This document shows, one piece after another, positions 53,033-62,288 of a stretch of 64,000 bases of DNA (the first letter of the stretch is position 1; each line of letters starts with the position of its first letter). The stretch comes from Candidatus Kaiserbacteria bacterium RIFCSPHIGHO2_01_FULL_54_36. Lineage in GTDB: Bacteria > Patescibacteriota > Minisyncoccia > Phycocordibacterales > UBA2100. Where the stretch lies: assembly GCA_001781105.1 (NCBI GenBank), contig MFKV01000006.1, positions 9,032-73,031 of the forward strand, in the 5' to 3' direction. Under the pieces are notes generated by a model. That model saw only the letters and a list, made by a program, of their open reading frames with translations. It did not search any database and was not told the DNA's origin. A program made the translations under genes and the position numbers.

Positions 53033-55156
53033 TTATACCGGCCATTTGGCGACCATCAGGAGATCATTCTCCTTTTTTGGTAATTGCTGCCAGATCGCTT
53101 CGGTGACGAAGGGCATGAAGGGGTGGAGGAGTTTTAAAGACGTATTCAGTATTCCGTATAACGTATTCCGCCGCGAAGTTGCTGTAGCAGCGTCAGAACC
53201 TTTGAGAATGTCTTTAGATTCTTCGAGTATTTTTGCGGCAAAGCGATCCCACACGTAATGATAGAGTTTCTCGGCGGCGAGATACACGCGGTAGTTCTCC
53301 ATGTCCGCTGTTACTTCTTTTTCAAGTGCGTGCAACTCGTCCAAAAGCTTCTGATCAGTTTCGGTCACCGGAGCATCTTGTTCGCCATCGGTATTCTCAA
53401 GCACGAATCGGGCGATGTTCCAGAGTTTGTTGGAGAAGAGCTTGTAGCCTTTGATCTTTGGTTCCGCGAGTGATATATCCATGCCCGGCGTATTGCCTAC
53501 GAGCAGCGCCATGCGCAGCGCATCGGTGCCGTATATCTCCGTCATCTCAAGAGGATTGATGACATTGCCCTTGCTCTTACTTATCTTTATTTTCTGCGCG
53601 TCGCGCACAAGGCCATGTAGGTACACGTCACGGAAAGGGACTTCGCCTGTGCGGTAGAGCCCGAGCATGATCATGCGCATGACCCAAAAGAAAAGGATAT
53701 CGTACCCGGTTTCCATGACCGATGTCGGATAATAGGTCTTGAAATCCTTACCATCAGGATACCCAAGCGTGGCGTATGGCCACTGGCCCGAGGAAAACCA
53801 CGTATCGAACGTGTCGGGGTCCTGCTGCCAGTCCTCGCCTGACGGCTTTTCTCCAATCGCTATCTCTCCGTCCTTAAACCAGGCCGGGATTGGAATGCCC
53901 CACACGATCTGTCTCGATATGTTCCAGTCCCGTAAATTCTCGAGCCAGTGAAAGAATATCTTCTTTTGGAATTCGGGAAATATTCGTATCTTCCCATTCT
54001 CGACTGCTTCCCGAGCTCTCTCTGCGAGCGGCGCCATTTTGATGAACCATTGCGACATGATACGCGGTTCGAGGATATCGTTCTCGTTCTTGTAGTTGAC
54101 CAAGATGTTGTGGACGTAGGTCTCGTCCACTTTTTCCAATAGCCCTTTTTCCTCCAGATCCTTCGCCACAGCCGCGCGCGCCTCCAGTATCTTCATCCCC
54201 GCGTATTTGCCGCACTTCTCATTGAGCTTACCGAACCGATCAATGACCTCGACGGCCGGAAGTCCGTGCCGCTGTGCGACCTCGAAGTCGTTGGGGTCGT
54301 GCGCGGGCGTGATCTTCACTACCCCGGTGCCGAATGTCATATCCACGTACTCGTCTGCGACAACCTTGAGCTTTACCGGGCCGATCAGCCCGTCGAACTC
54401 GACTTCTTTTCCAACCCATTCTTTATAACGATCGTCGTTGGGGTTTACCGCGATCGCTGTATCACCGAACTTAGTCTCTGGGCGGACGGTGGCAAGTACA
54501 AACGGGCCGTACTTCATATAGTAGAGCGGATCCTTGCGCTCGACCGTTTTCGTCTCCAGATCGGAAAGGGAAGTCTGATACTTGGTGCTCCAATTGACCG
54601 GCCGCTCGCCACGATAGACGAGACTGTCGTCATACAACTTCTTGAAGGTCGCGTACACGGTCGTGACGATGTCCGGATCGAGTGTGAATTTCTCGCGGCT
54701 CCAATCGCACGAAGCCCCGAGCTGGCGCAACTGCCCTTCCATGAATTTCTTATTCTCTAGCGTAAAAGCGAGTGTCTCTTTATAAAATTCTTCTCGCTCC
54801 ATCTTGAAGCGAGACCGCCCCTCTTTCTCCAGCTTCTTTTCATATACGAGCTGTGTCTCGAATCCCGCGTGATCCGCGCCCGGCAGCCAGAGCGTTTTAA
54901 ACCCTCGCATGCGTTTGTAGCGGATCAGGAGGTCTTGGAGGGTGACGAAGAGGGCATGGCCCACATGCAAAGAGCCGTTGGCATTCGGCGGCGGCATAAT
55001 GATGGTATACGGCTCTTTCGCGTCTTTCAGGTTGTCAGGGTTGAAGTAGCCACTCTCCTCCCACTTCTTATATATCCCAGGCTCCATCCCTCCGGGATCG
55101 TAGGGTGTGAGGAATATTTCGGGCGCTCCTGACCGGACAGGTTTTAACGGCTCCAT
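53033..55156 (-). CDS. valS: valine--tRNA ligase (short form, 707 aa)
   Basis: PPPNANGSLHVGHAL (HIGH region) and KISKSKGN (KMSKS variant). ValRS-type editing domain. Lacks the C-terminal coiled coil. Confidence 0.8.
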   Translation of the reverse strand: MEPLKPVRSGAPEIFLTPYDPGGMEPGIYKKWEESGYFNPDNLKDAKEPYTIIMPPPNANGSLHVGHALFVTLQDLLIRYKRMRGFKTLWLPGADHAGFETQLVYEKKLEKEGRSRFKMEREEFYKETLAFTLENKKFMEGQLRQLGASCDWSREKFTLDPDIVTTVYATFKKLYDDSLVYRGERPVNWSTKYQTSLSDLETKTVERKDPLYYMKYGPFVLATVRPETKFGDTAIAVNPNDDRYKEWVGKEVEFDGLIGPVKLKVVADEYVDMTFGTGVVKITPAHDPNDFEVAQRHGLPAVEVIDRFGKLNEKCGKYAGMKILEARAAVAKDLEEKGLLEKVDETYVHNILVNYKNENDILEPRIMSQWFIKMAPLAERAREAVENGKIRIFPEFQKKIFFHWLENLRDWNISRQIVWGIPIPAWFKDGEIAIGEKPSGEDWQQDPDTFDTWFSSGQWPYATLGYPDGKDFKTYYPTSVMETGYDILFFWVMRMIMLGLYRTGEVPFRDVYLHGLVRDAQKIKISKSKGNVINPLEMTEIYGTDALRMALLVGNTPGMDISLAEPKIKGYKLFSNKLWNIARFVLENTDGEQDAPVTETDQKLLDELHALEKEVTADMENYRVYLAAEKLYHYVWDRFAAKILEESKDILKGSDAATATSRRNTLYGILNTSLKLLHPFMPFVTEAIWQQLPKKENDLLMVAKWPV

Positions 55157-55175
55157 TGCGACACTTTAGCACGAG

Positions 55176-56363
55176 TTACGCTAGTTTCAGATTGCCCACA
55201 GCGTTCAAATTTTCGGGCTCTACGAACTCTTTATGAAGGGCGCGAAAGTAGCCGCTCAAGGCGATCATGAGAGCATTGTCGGTGGCAAACTCCACAGGGG
55301 GAGTTAACAGTTTACAGTCTACAGTTGACAGCTCAGCATCAAGGCGGCGGCGGATCTCGGCATTAGCCGAGACGCCGCCGCCTACTACGACTATTTGCGC
55401 GCCATACTCATCCACCGCGCGCATAGTCTTTGCAATGAGCACGTCTGCCACGGCATCCTCAAATTCCCGAGCGATCTCGTGTTTGAGTTGGTCCGTAATT
55501 TCATTCGATTCAACGATCCTTCGCACTGCCGTTTTCAATCCCGAAAACGAGAAATCGAAGTTGTCCTCGTGCATCATTGGCCGCGGCAGTGAAATCCGAT
55601 GAGGTGACACCTCATCGGATTTGCGAGCGGCCTCGGCGAAGCGTGAGATCTCCGGCCCACCTGGATATCCGAGCTCGAGGAGCCGCGCGACCTTATCGAA
55701 TGCTTCACCGGCAGCGTCGTCGCGCGTTTGCCCTACAAGCTCGTATTTTCCAAACTCGCGCGAAAGGACGAGTTCCGTGTGGCCACCGGAAATAAGGAGC
55801 GCCAGCAGGGGAAACTCTAAGTCCGACATCCTAACATTTTGCAAAACCTTTGAATGTTGCATGAGGGACATGATGACATGCCCCTCCATATGATTGACGC
55901 CAACAATAGGCACGTCCCAGACAGCGCTGAGTGCTTTTGCAAAATTCACGCCGACCCAAAGGCATGGCTCGAGCCCTGGGCCATGAGTCACCGCAATTAC
56001 ATCAATATCGGGCTTTTCGTGCGTTTGTAAAAAAGGCACGAGTTGCTGCAAAAGTTCGGGCTCTCGTTCTAATACCCTCGATAGATCAGCAATGTTCGAC
56101 CTCGTAGGTCGAACATTGGATGCTCCGGCCTCGTCCAAACACTTACTAAGCAAGGGGACAAGATTCTTGGCATGTTCGCGCTTGGCGAGATTGGGAAACA
56201 CTCCGCCGTATTGCGCGTGCAACGCTGCCTGGGAGGTGAGTCCTTCGCCAAGTACTCGAAACTCGAAGCTCGGCCCGCCTGCCCGGCCAGGGAAGTCTCC
56301 GCCAGCCTCAATAACACAAACGGCCGTTTCGTCGCAACTTGTTTCTATTCCCAATACTTTCAT
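55176..56363 (-). CDS. tsaD: tRNA N6-adenosine threonylcarbamoyltransferase TsaD/Kae1
   Basis: MKVLGIETSCDETAVCV… and the His pair VNHMEGH. The 83-aa upstream extension is rejected. Confidence 0.8.
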   Translation of the reverse strand: MKVLGIETSCDETAVCVIEAGGDFPGRAGGPSFEFRVLGEGLTSQAALHAQYGGVFPNLAKREHAKNLVPLLSKCLDEAGASNVRPTRSNIADLSRVLEREPELLQQLVPFLQTHEKPDIDVIAVTHGPGLEPCLWVGVNFAKALSAVWDVPIVGVNHMEGHVIMSLMQHSKVLQNVRMSDLEFPLLALLISGGHTELVLSREFGKYELVGQTRDDAAGEAFDKVARLLELGYPGGPEISRFAEAARKSDEVSPHRISLPRPMMHEDNFDFSFSGLKTAVRRIVESNEITDQLKHEIAREFEDAVADVLIAKTMRAVDEYGAQIVVVGGGVSANAEIRRRLDAELSTVDCKLLTPPVEFATDNALMIALSGYFRALHKEFVEPENLNAVGNLKLA

Positions 56364-56472
56364 ACCGCGCGTTATAGCATAGCGGAGCGAGAGAAGCGAA
56401 AGCGCTTGCGTTTTCGCTTCCGAGCGAAGACATGCTATATGAAAGCTTTCATATAGCATAAAATGAACAAAT

Positions 56473-58251
56473 ATGGCTTCTATCTGGAGAGATGACTTCC
56501 CAAAGAGCACCAACCCTCTCAAATTCCTCTGGTTTGCTTCCAGGCCGCATTGGTGGTCAATAGTTGCTGCGGCGACGGCGGTGACCATTGCTGCAAGCTT
56601 GAGCGCGAGCATCTCCTACGTCTTCAAGCTTATAGCCAACGCGGCCGCAGCCCTCGCTGATGGCGGCTCGTACGACGCTCTCTTATGGGCATCAGCCACG
56701 TATATCCTTGTGACGCTTGCCGCTGAGATGACGTGGCGCCTAAGCGGGTTTGCGGCGGCGGTCTGGGCCAACAACGCTCGCGCGACAGCTCGGCACGTGC
56801 TTACCGCCTATGTGACGCTGCACAGCCGCACTTACTTTTCGGATCGCTTCGCGGGGGCGCTCTCGAGCAAGATCGGGCACGCGGCAAATGGGCTTCGAGA
56901 AATGATCGAGCAGATACTCTGGCAGTTCTTGGAATTCTCCGTCGCTGTTATTGTGAGTTTCTTCCTCGCTTTTTTCACCAACCACCTCATTGCGTACGTG
57001 TTTCTTGCCTGGGTCGTTGCGGTCATCCTTCTCAATATTTTTCTTGCGCGCAAGCGCTTGCCAATATCGAAAGAGCTACAACGGATCGAAACAAAGCTCA
57101 ACGGAAGTACCGTGGACCTGCTCTCCAATATTTCTGCCATGCAAGAATATGCACGCCGCTTTTTCGAAATAGAGCGCATCAAGACCGTGATCGAGCAGCG
57201 GCGCAGGATCGGGCTTCGCAATTGGCGCTTTGGAGAAACGACACTCACGATCAATGGGCTTGTGCAGGCGATCTTTGCGGGACTCATGATATTCCTCGCG
57301 GTGCATCTCGCAGAGAGAGGCGCAATATCAGTGGGCGACATCATCCTCGTCATCACCATCATCTTCCGGATAGAGAGCTACATGCTCTTTGTCGGGCGTA
57401 CCCTCAATTCATTTGGTGAAAAGTGGGGTGAGATCGAGGAGAGCCTTGCGGAGATCCTTCAGCCGCACGAAATTCCTGACAAGCCAGGTGCCACGGAACT
57501 GCGCGTCGCGGACGCTTCTATCGTCTTCGATCACGTGAGATTCTCATACTCTGGCCGCCCCATATTTGCCGACCTCTCGCTCGATATTACACCCGGAGAG
57601 CGCGTGGGCATCGTTGGGAAAAGCGGGGCAGGAAAAAGCACGTTTATCCGGCTCCTCCTTCACCACCACGACATTCAAGGCGGAAGGATAAAGATCGGCG
57701 GAACCGACATCGCTTCGGTGACACAGGAGAGTTTGCGTAATGCAATTTCGGTAGTTCCGCAGGAGCCGATACTTTTCCACCGCACGGTAAAGGAGAATAT
57801 CGCGTATGGCAATCCGAGCGCCTCGCAAGAAGAGATCGTGCAGGCTGCGCAGCTTGCACAGGCGCACGACTTCATCGTGCGGCTTCCCAAGCAGTATCAA
57901 TCGCTGGTAGGAGATCGCGGCATCAAACTCTCCGGCGGTGAGCGCCAGCGCGTCGCAATTGCGCGCGCCATCGTCAAGAATGCGCCCATTCTCCTTCTGG
58001 ATGAGGCCACGAGCTCGCTCGATTCGGAGAGCGAAGTTGCGATACAGAAAGCTCTGCATGAGCTCATGATCGGCAAGACCGTGATCGCTATCGCGCATCG
58101 GCTCTCGACCCTGCGCGAGATGGACCGCATCATCGTGCTCGATCAAGGTAAGATTACGGAAGAAGGCACGCACGACGAGCTCGTCGCCGGCAGTGGCATT
58201 TATGCCGAACTCTGGAAACATCAGGCTGGAGGGTTCCTCCAAGACGAATAA
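56473..58251 (+). CDS. ABC transporter, fused permease/ATP-binding (MsbA-like exporter)
   Basis: Six TM helices. Walker A GKSGAGKST, signature LSGGERQRVAIARA, Walker B ILLLDEATS. Confidence 0.85.
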   Translation: MASIWRDDFPKSTNPLKFLWFASRPHWWSIVAAATAVTIAASLSASISYVFKLIANAAAALADGGSYDALLWASATYILVTLAAEMTWRLSGFAAAVWANNARATARHVLTAYVTLHSRTYFSDRFAGALSSKIGHAANGLREMIEQILWQFLEFSVAVIVSFFLAFFTNHLIAYVFLAWVVAVILLNIFLARKRLPISKELQRIETKLNGSTVDLLSNISAMQEYARRFFEIERIKTVIEQRRRIGLRNWRFGETTLTINGLVQAIFAGLMIFLAVHLAERGAISVGDIILVITIIFRIESYMLFVGRTLNSFGEKWGEIEESLAEILQPHEIPDKPGATELRVADASIVFDHVRFSYSGRPIFADLSLDITPGERVGIVGKSGAGKSTFIRLLLHHHDIQGGRIKIGGTDIASVTQESLRNAISVVPQEPILFHRTVKENIAYGNPSASQEEIVQAAQLAQAHDFIVRLPKQYQSLVGDRGIKLSGGERQRVAIARAIVKNAPILLLDEATSSLDSESEVAIQKALHELMIGKTVIAIAHRLSTLREMDRIIVLDQGKITEEGTHDELVAGSGIYAELWKHQAGGFLQDE

Positions 58252-58252
58252 T

Positions 58253-59074
58253 ATGGAATTCAAGTATTTCTCACGTAATGGAAAGATACTACCGATAAAA
58301 GAGGCGGTAGTGCCGCTTGCCAATATTGAATACCAGTACGGCTTTGGCGTCTATGAGAGCATCAGGGTCGCGGGTGGAACTCCCTACTTTATGGCGGACC
58401 ATGTCGAGCGTCTGATGGGCTCAGCAACAGAAATTGGCCTTGCCCATGCATTCAAGGCAGCTCAAGTGGAGCAGGCGATCCTCGAGCTATTGGAGAGAAA
58501 TGCAGTAGAGAGCTGCAACGTGAAAATATTGTTGATCGGTGGAAAGGGCGCGGAAGATGCGTCCCTCGAAATACTGTGCCTCAATCCCCTCTATCCCGAT
58601 CCCAAACTCTATCGTGATGGCGTGCACTGCATCACGTACCCGTATGAGCGCCCTTTTCCGCATGCGAAGACCTTAAGCATGTTGGGGAGCTATCTCGCCT
58701 ATACGGCGGCAAAGATCGCCGACGCGTATGATGCCCTGCTTCTCAATCGTGACGGATACATTACGGAGGGGACGCGCACCAATTTTTTCTGCCTCAAAGG
58801 CAAGACGCTCTATTCTCCTCCGGAGGAGCAGATACTCCTTGGTGTGACTCGAAGACATGTCCTTGCTGTCGCGCGAGAAAAAGGATTCACTGTTGAGATT
58901 ACAAATATCAAATGTAGCGATATATCGCACTACGAGGGCGCATTCCTCACGAGTTCTTCTTCAAAGATTGTGCCCGTGCGCTCAGTAGACGCGTTTAGCT
59001 TCAAAGACCAGCCCGCGGCACTCAAGGAGCTCATGCGGACTTTTGATGAGTTCCTAGCTGAACACAAGGGATAG
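58253..59074 (+). CDS. class IV aminotransferase (BCAT / D-amino-acid aminotransferase / ADC lyase family)
   Basis: Fold-type IV pattern (…EGTRTNFF…, …LLGVTR…). Exact specificity cannot be assigned from sequence alone. Confidence 0.6.
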   Translation: MEFKYFSRNGKILPIKEAVVPLANIEYQYGFGVYESIRVAGGTPYFMADHVERLMGSATEIGLAHAFKAAQVEQAILELLERNAVESCNVKILLIGGKGAEDASLEILCLNPLYPDPKLYRDGVHCITYPYERPFPHAKTLSMLGSYLAYTAAKIADAYDALLLNRDGYITEGTRTNFFCLKGKTLYSPPEEQILLGVTRRHVLAVAREKGFTVEITNIKCSDISHYEGAFLTSSSSKIVPVRSVDAFSFKDQPAALKELMRTFDEFLAEHKG

Positions 59075-59114
59075 ATTGAAAAGGCTGCTATCTAAAGGTA
59101 TATTGGACGGCGTT

Positions 59115-59186
59115 GCGCGGTTAGCTCAGTGGTAGAGCATCGTCTTGACGTGACGAGGGCCAAAGGTTCGATCCCTTTACCGCGCA
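59115..59186 (+). tRNA. tRNA-Val (anticodon GAC)
   Basis: Acceptor GCGCGGT/ACCGCGC, D-arm GCTC-AGTGGTA-GAGC, anticodon stem TCGTC/GACGA with loop TTGACGT, T-arm AAAGG-TTCGATC-CCTTT. The tsaC ATG starts 2 nt after the 3' end. Confidence 0.8.
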
Positions 59187-59187
59187 C

Positions 59188-59820
59188 ATGAAGGTCTTGA
59201 GCTTGACGCAGGCGACACATTCCGAGGCTGTAGAAGCTGCTGTCGAGGTACTCAGAAAGGATGGTGTTGTTCTTATGCCGACAGACACACTTTATGCATT
59301 GGCTGTTTCAGCGTTCTCGGACAGAGCGGTAGAACGTATTTATGATATTAAGTCTAGAGATCCAAAAAAACCCTTGCATGCGCTCGTAGACAGCGTCGAG
59401 ATGGCAGGTTGGTACGGCTATATCAGTGAGCCCGCGCGAAATCTTTTGGAGTTGCTACCAAAAGGAAAAATAACATGTGTCGTACCTAGACACGTGGAAT
59501 GTGATGCAGGTATTTGCGCCGAAATTAACACATTCGGATTTCGTATCCCTGACGACAATTTGTGTGGGGAGATTATTTCTCGTTTCGGTTTTCCTATTAC
59601 TGCGACGAGTGCGAATAGGAGTGGTGAGCGGCCGGCGAGATTTGTTGAAAAGATCCTTACCCAACTTGGAGATGCCGAGGAGCACATTGACCTTGTACTA
59701 GACGCAGGAGAATTACCGGAGCGTGAGCCATCCACGGTAGTGGATTTCTCAGTAGACCCGCCGATTATTTTACGGGAGGGGGCTATCTCGGCGCAACAAA
59801 TTAAAAATATTTTGATGTAA
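59188..59820 (+). CDS. tsaC: L-threonylcarbamoyladenylate synthase (YrdC/Sua5 family)
   Basis: MPTDTLYALAVSAFSDRAVERIYDIKSRDPKKPL… the YrdC fold signature. Confidence 0.75.
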   Translation: MKVLSLTQATHSEAVEAAVEVLRKDGVVLMPTDTLYALAVSAFSDRAVERIYDIKSRDPKKPLHALVDSVEMAGWYGYISEPARNLLELLPKGKITCVVPRHVECDAGICAEINTFGFRIPDDNLCGEIISRFGFPITATSANRSGERPARFVEKILTQLGDAEEHIDLVLDAGELPEREPSTVVDFSVDPPIILREGAISAQQIKNILM

Positions 59821-60139
59821 TTCTAACCTTTGCGCGAACCTTTTTCGAGCAACAGTAGTCGCGCGCTCCGCGCGCGTGGTGGCTTTGTACGCAGTGGTAC
59901 GATTCGAGCCTGTGATGACTCTCCGGCGCGCGAGTACGCGTCGCCGGACGCCGCCTCCCACCAGTGGATGGCCGGAACACCCGTTCTTTGCTCATTCATT
60001 TCCCCCGCCGATTTTAGAAGACTTGAGGAAAAGAAGGTTTAATGAGTTTTGGTTCAGGCTTCATTGGAATTCTTTCCTCCTCTCATGGCTTGGTTGAATC
60101 TCTCTGCTCCTGACAAAGAACAAGAAAGAACAGACTGAA

Positions 60140-60190
60140 GAGGCCTTCACTTTTGGTGAAGGCCTCGGTTGTATCTGGATTTTTTCTTTA
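60140..60190 (+). terminator. rho-independent terminator in the non-coding region downstream of tsaC
   Basis: GAGGCCTTCAC-TTTTGG-TGAAGGCCTC followed by TTTTTTCTTT. Confidence 0.5.
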
Positions 60191-60437
60191 TCTAGACACA
60201 AGCAAAACCTCCACCCGAAGTGGTAAGGAGGAGTCCAAGGAGGCCCGAATTACTTCGCTTGCTCGACATGTAAGTATCCTACCCATCCTGGTGTAGCTGT
60301 CAAATTACTTTTTGTTGACAAATTTTCATGCACGATTATTCTGACATCCATGAGCAACACGAGCTCAATGGGCATCATTATTGGTTCCTCTAGTACCCGA
60401 GGGGCTGTTGCCTAATATTTCAACTACATACAAACAA

Positions 60438-60479
60438 CCAGCCCCTCCAAAAGAGGGGCTGGTTTCGTTCTGGGGTTTG
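60438..60479 (+). terminator. rho-independent terminator
   Basis: CCAGCCCCTC-CAAAA-GAGGGGCTGG followed by TTTCGTT. Confidence 0.5.
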
Positions 60480-60870
60480 CGTCGGAAAAGAACGGGTGTC
60501 CGGCCTCTGTTTTTGGTGGGGGCGGCGCAAACCCGAACGGCTCACATACCCGTTATGTGAGCCGTTCGAGGACTCAAAATGCAAATGCCAGCGGTGCCTT
60601 CGTTTATTCCTATTTGTATCGTCCAACGCCCATGGAGTCCATCCTCGGCATCCGCCTGTATCCTGCATTCAGAGAGGCGATAATGGAAACGGAGACGATC
60701 CCATCCGCCGAAGCTTCGAGCTTCTCCCGAGGAATATCGCTCCACTTTGACACCGAACGCCAATTGCTGGTTGCGCTTCGAGCGCCGAACACAAACAGGC
60801 CTGCGCGTCGGTTTCTTTCTTCTCTTTTCTCTTCTTTCTTTGACAGTTGAATAACTAACCACACAACACC

Positions 60871-61821
60871 ATGAATCAATCTGTTGGCATTGACGTTGGG
60901 AAGAGGGAGCTGGTTGCAAGCATCAGGGATACTGATGGCAAAACGGCAATCGCAGCCCCCTTTCCCAACACCAGTATCGGACTCCGAAAGCTCGCCGTCC
61001 ACCTTGCAAAGAGCAACGTCGGTGCAGACGATCCCGTTCTTCTTGAAAGCACGGGACCGTACCACTGGCTTCCCGCGCGTACGCTCACGGATCGCGGCTT
61101 CTTCGTGAAAGTCGCGAACCCATTGCATACCAAGCAGATCGCGCGGCACTCCATCAGGAAACGAAAGACGGACAAGGTGGACGCCTCGCACCTCGCGTTC
61201 CTCGCATCGCAGGGGTACGGGTATCGTTTCGTCGAGACCGCGGAGCTGGCGAAGAAGAAAGCGCTCGTCAGGCACTACTGGAAGCTCCGCTCCACCGCCA
61301 CGAGCTATCTTCTGCACGAGCGGTATCTCAAGGAGTATCGAGGCGTTTCCAAGCACGGCATCTTCCCGCTTCTCGAAAAACGATGCGAGGCCATGCAAGA
61401 AGCCATTGTTGAGGAGTGGAACGAGGGAAACGATCTGAAGTATCTTGACAGCATTCCCGGAGTCTCGCCCTTCATCGCCGCTACCATCCTCGCCGAACTT
61501 GCGCCCCTGAACCGCTTCGAGAGGATGGAGCAAATCGTCGCCTTCGCCGGCCTCGACCCGTCGGTGAAGCAAAGTGGCGGCGTACGCGGCACGCATGGTC
61601 CGATCTCAAAGCGAGGCTCTCCGTTCCTGCGCCACGCCCTGTATCTTGCGGTCTTCGGCTCCTTCTCGCACAGGCCCATGAACGCGGTATACAAGCGGTA
61701 CAAGGAGAGAGGTCTCCACCACAACGCCATCATGTGCGTGCTCTCAAGAAAGGTACTTCGTATTGCAATCGCCCTCTTGAGAAAACGGAGAACATTCGAT
61801 CCGAAATTCCTGAATGCTTGA
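60871..61821 (+). CDS. IS110-family transposase
   Basis: N-terminal DEDD domain (GIDVGK…, …KTDKVDASHLA…) and the C-terminal IS110 transposase domain (…AFAGLDPSVKQSGG…). Confidence 0.8.
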   Translation: MNQSVGIDVGKRELVASIRDTDGKTAIAAPFPNTSIGLRKLAVHLAKSNVGADDPVLLESTGPYHWLPARTLTDRGFFVKVANPLHTKQIARHSIRKRKTDKVDASHLAFLASQGYGYRFVETAELAKKKALVRHYWKLRSTATSYLLHERYLKEYRGVSKHGIFPLLEKRCEAMQEAIVEEWNEGNDLKYLDSIPGVSPFIAATILAELAPLNRFERMEQIVAFAGLDPSVKQSGGVRGTHGPISKRGSPFLRHALYLAVFGSFSHRPMNAVYKRYKERGLHHNAIMCVLSRKVLRIAIALLRKRRTFDPKFLNA

Positions 61822-61837
61822 CAGGGACATAACTGGT

Positions 61838-62203
61838 CCTCGGACATTTCCGCTAGGGCTACTCGCGCCTAGATGTCTAGGTTTGGCGCTTCTCCTCGCC
61901 ATTGCCCGCCTGCGGGCGGGTGGCTCGGGCGCCATGCTGTTTGGGGGAAGGAAGGAATCCTCCCCCCAGCTTCGGTCTCCTCCTCGCAGTGGTTTGCTAG
62001 AGTATTCAGTGCTTTATTTCGGTTAGTGGTTTGCGTGTGTCTTTGCCTTCGTTTTATGTGCCTTCGGAGTCCGCCCTCGCACAACCCCCTTCCTCGTTTT
62101 CAAAATAGCTTTCGTGGTGTCGCTTTCGCTTTGGATTTCTGTATTGCAAGATAACGGCGGCGCTCATCCAAGGGCATGGACGCCCTAGCGGAAATGTCCG
62201 AGG
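61838..62203. mobile_element. MITE-like unit bounded by perfect 22-bp inverted repeats (CCTCGGACATTTCCGCTAGGGC)
   Basis: IR copies at 61838-61859 and 62182-62203 are exact reverse complements. Internal sequence is non-coding. Confidence 0.5.
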
Positions 62204-62288
62204 CGCAAATACCTCTGTGCTTGCCCCTCCCACCCTGTGCGCGCACATCCCGCCCGCGAAGATTAGAAGGGATCGCGGGCGGGGCTCC

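Noticed and set aside
59948-59964. CGCCGCCTCCCACCA resembling a tmRNA/tRNA 3' acceptor end
   Set aside because: No matching 5' acceptor strand, T-arm or tag reading frame nearby. Likely chance similarity.
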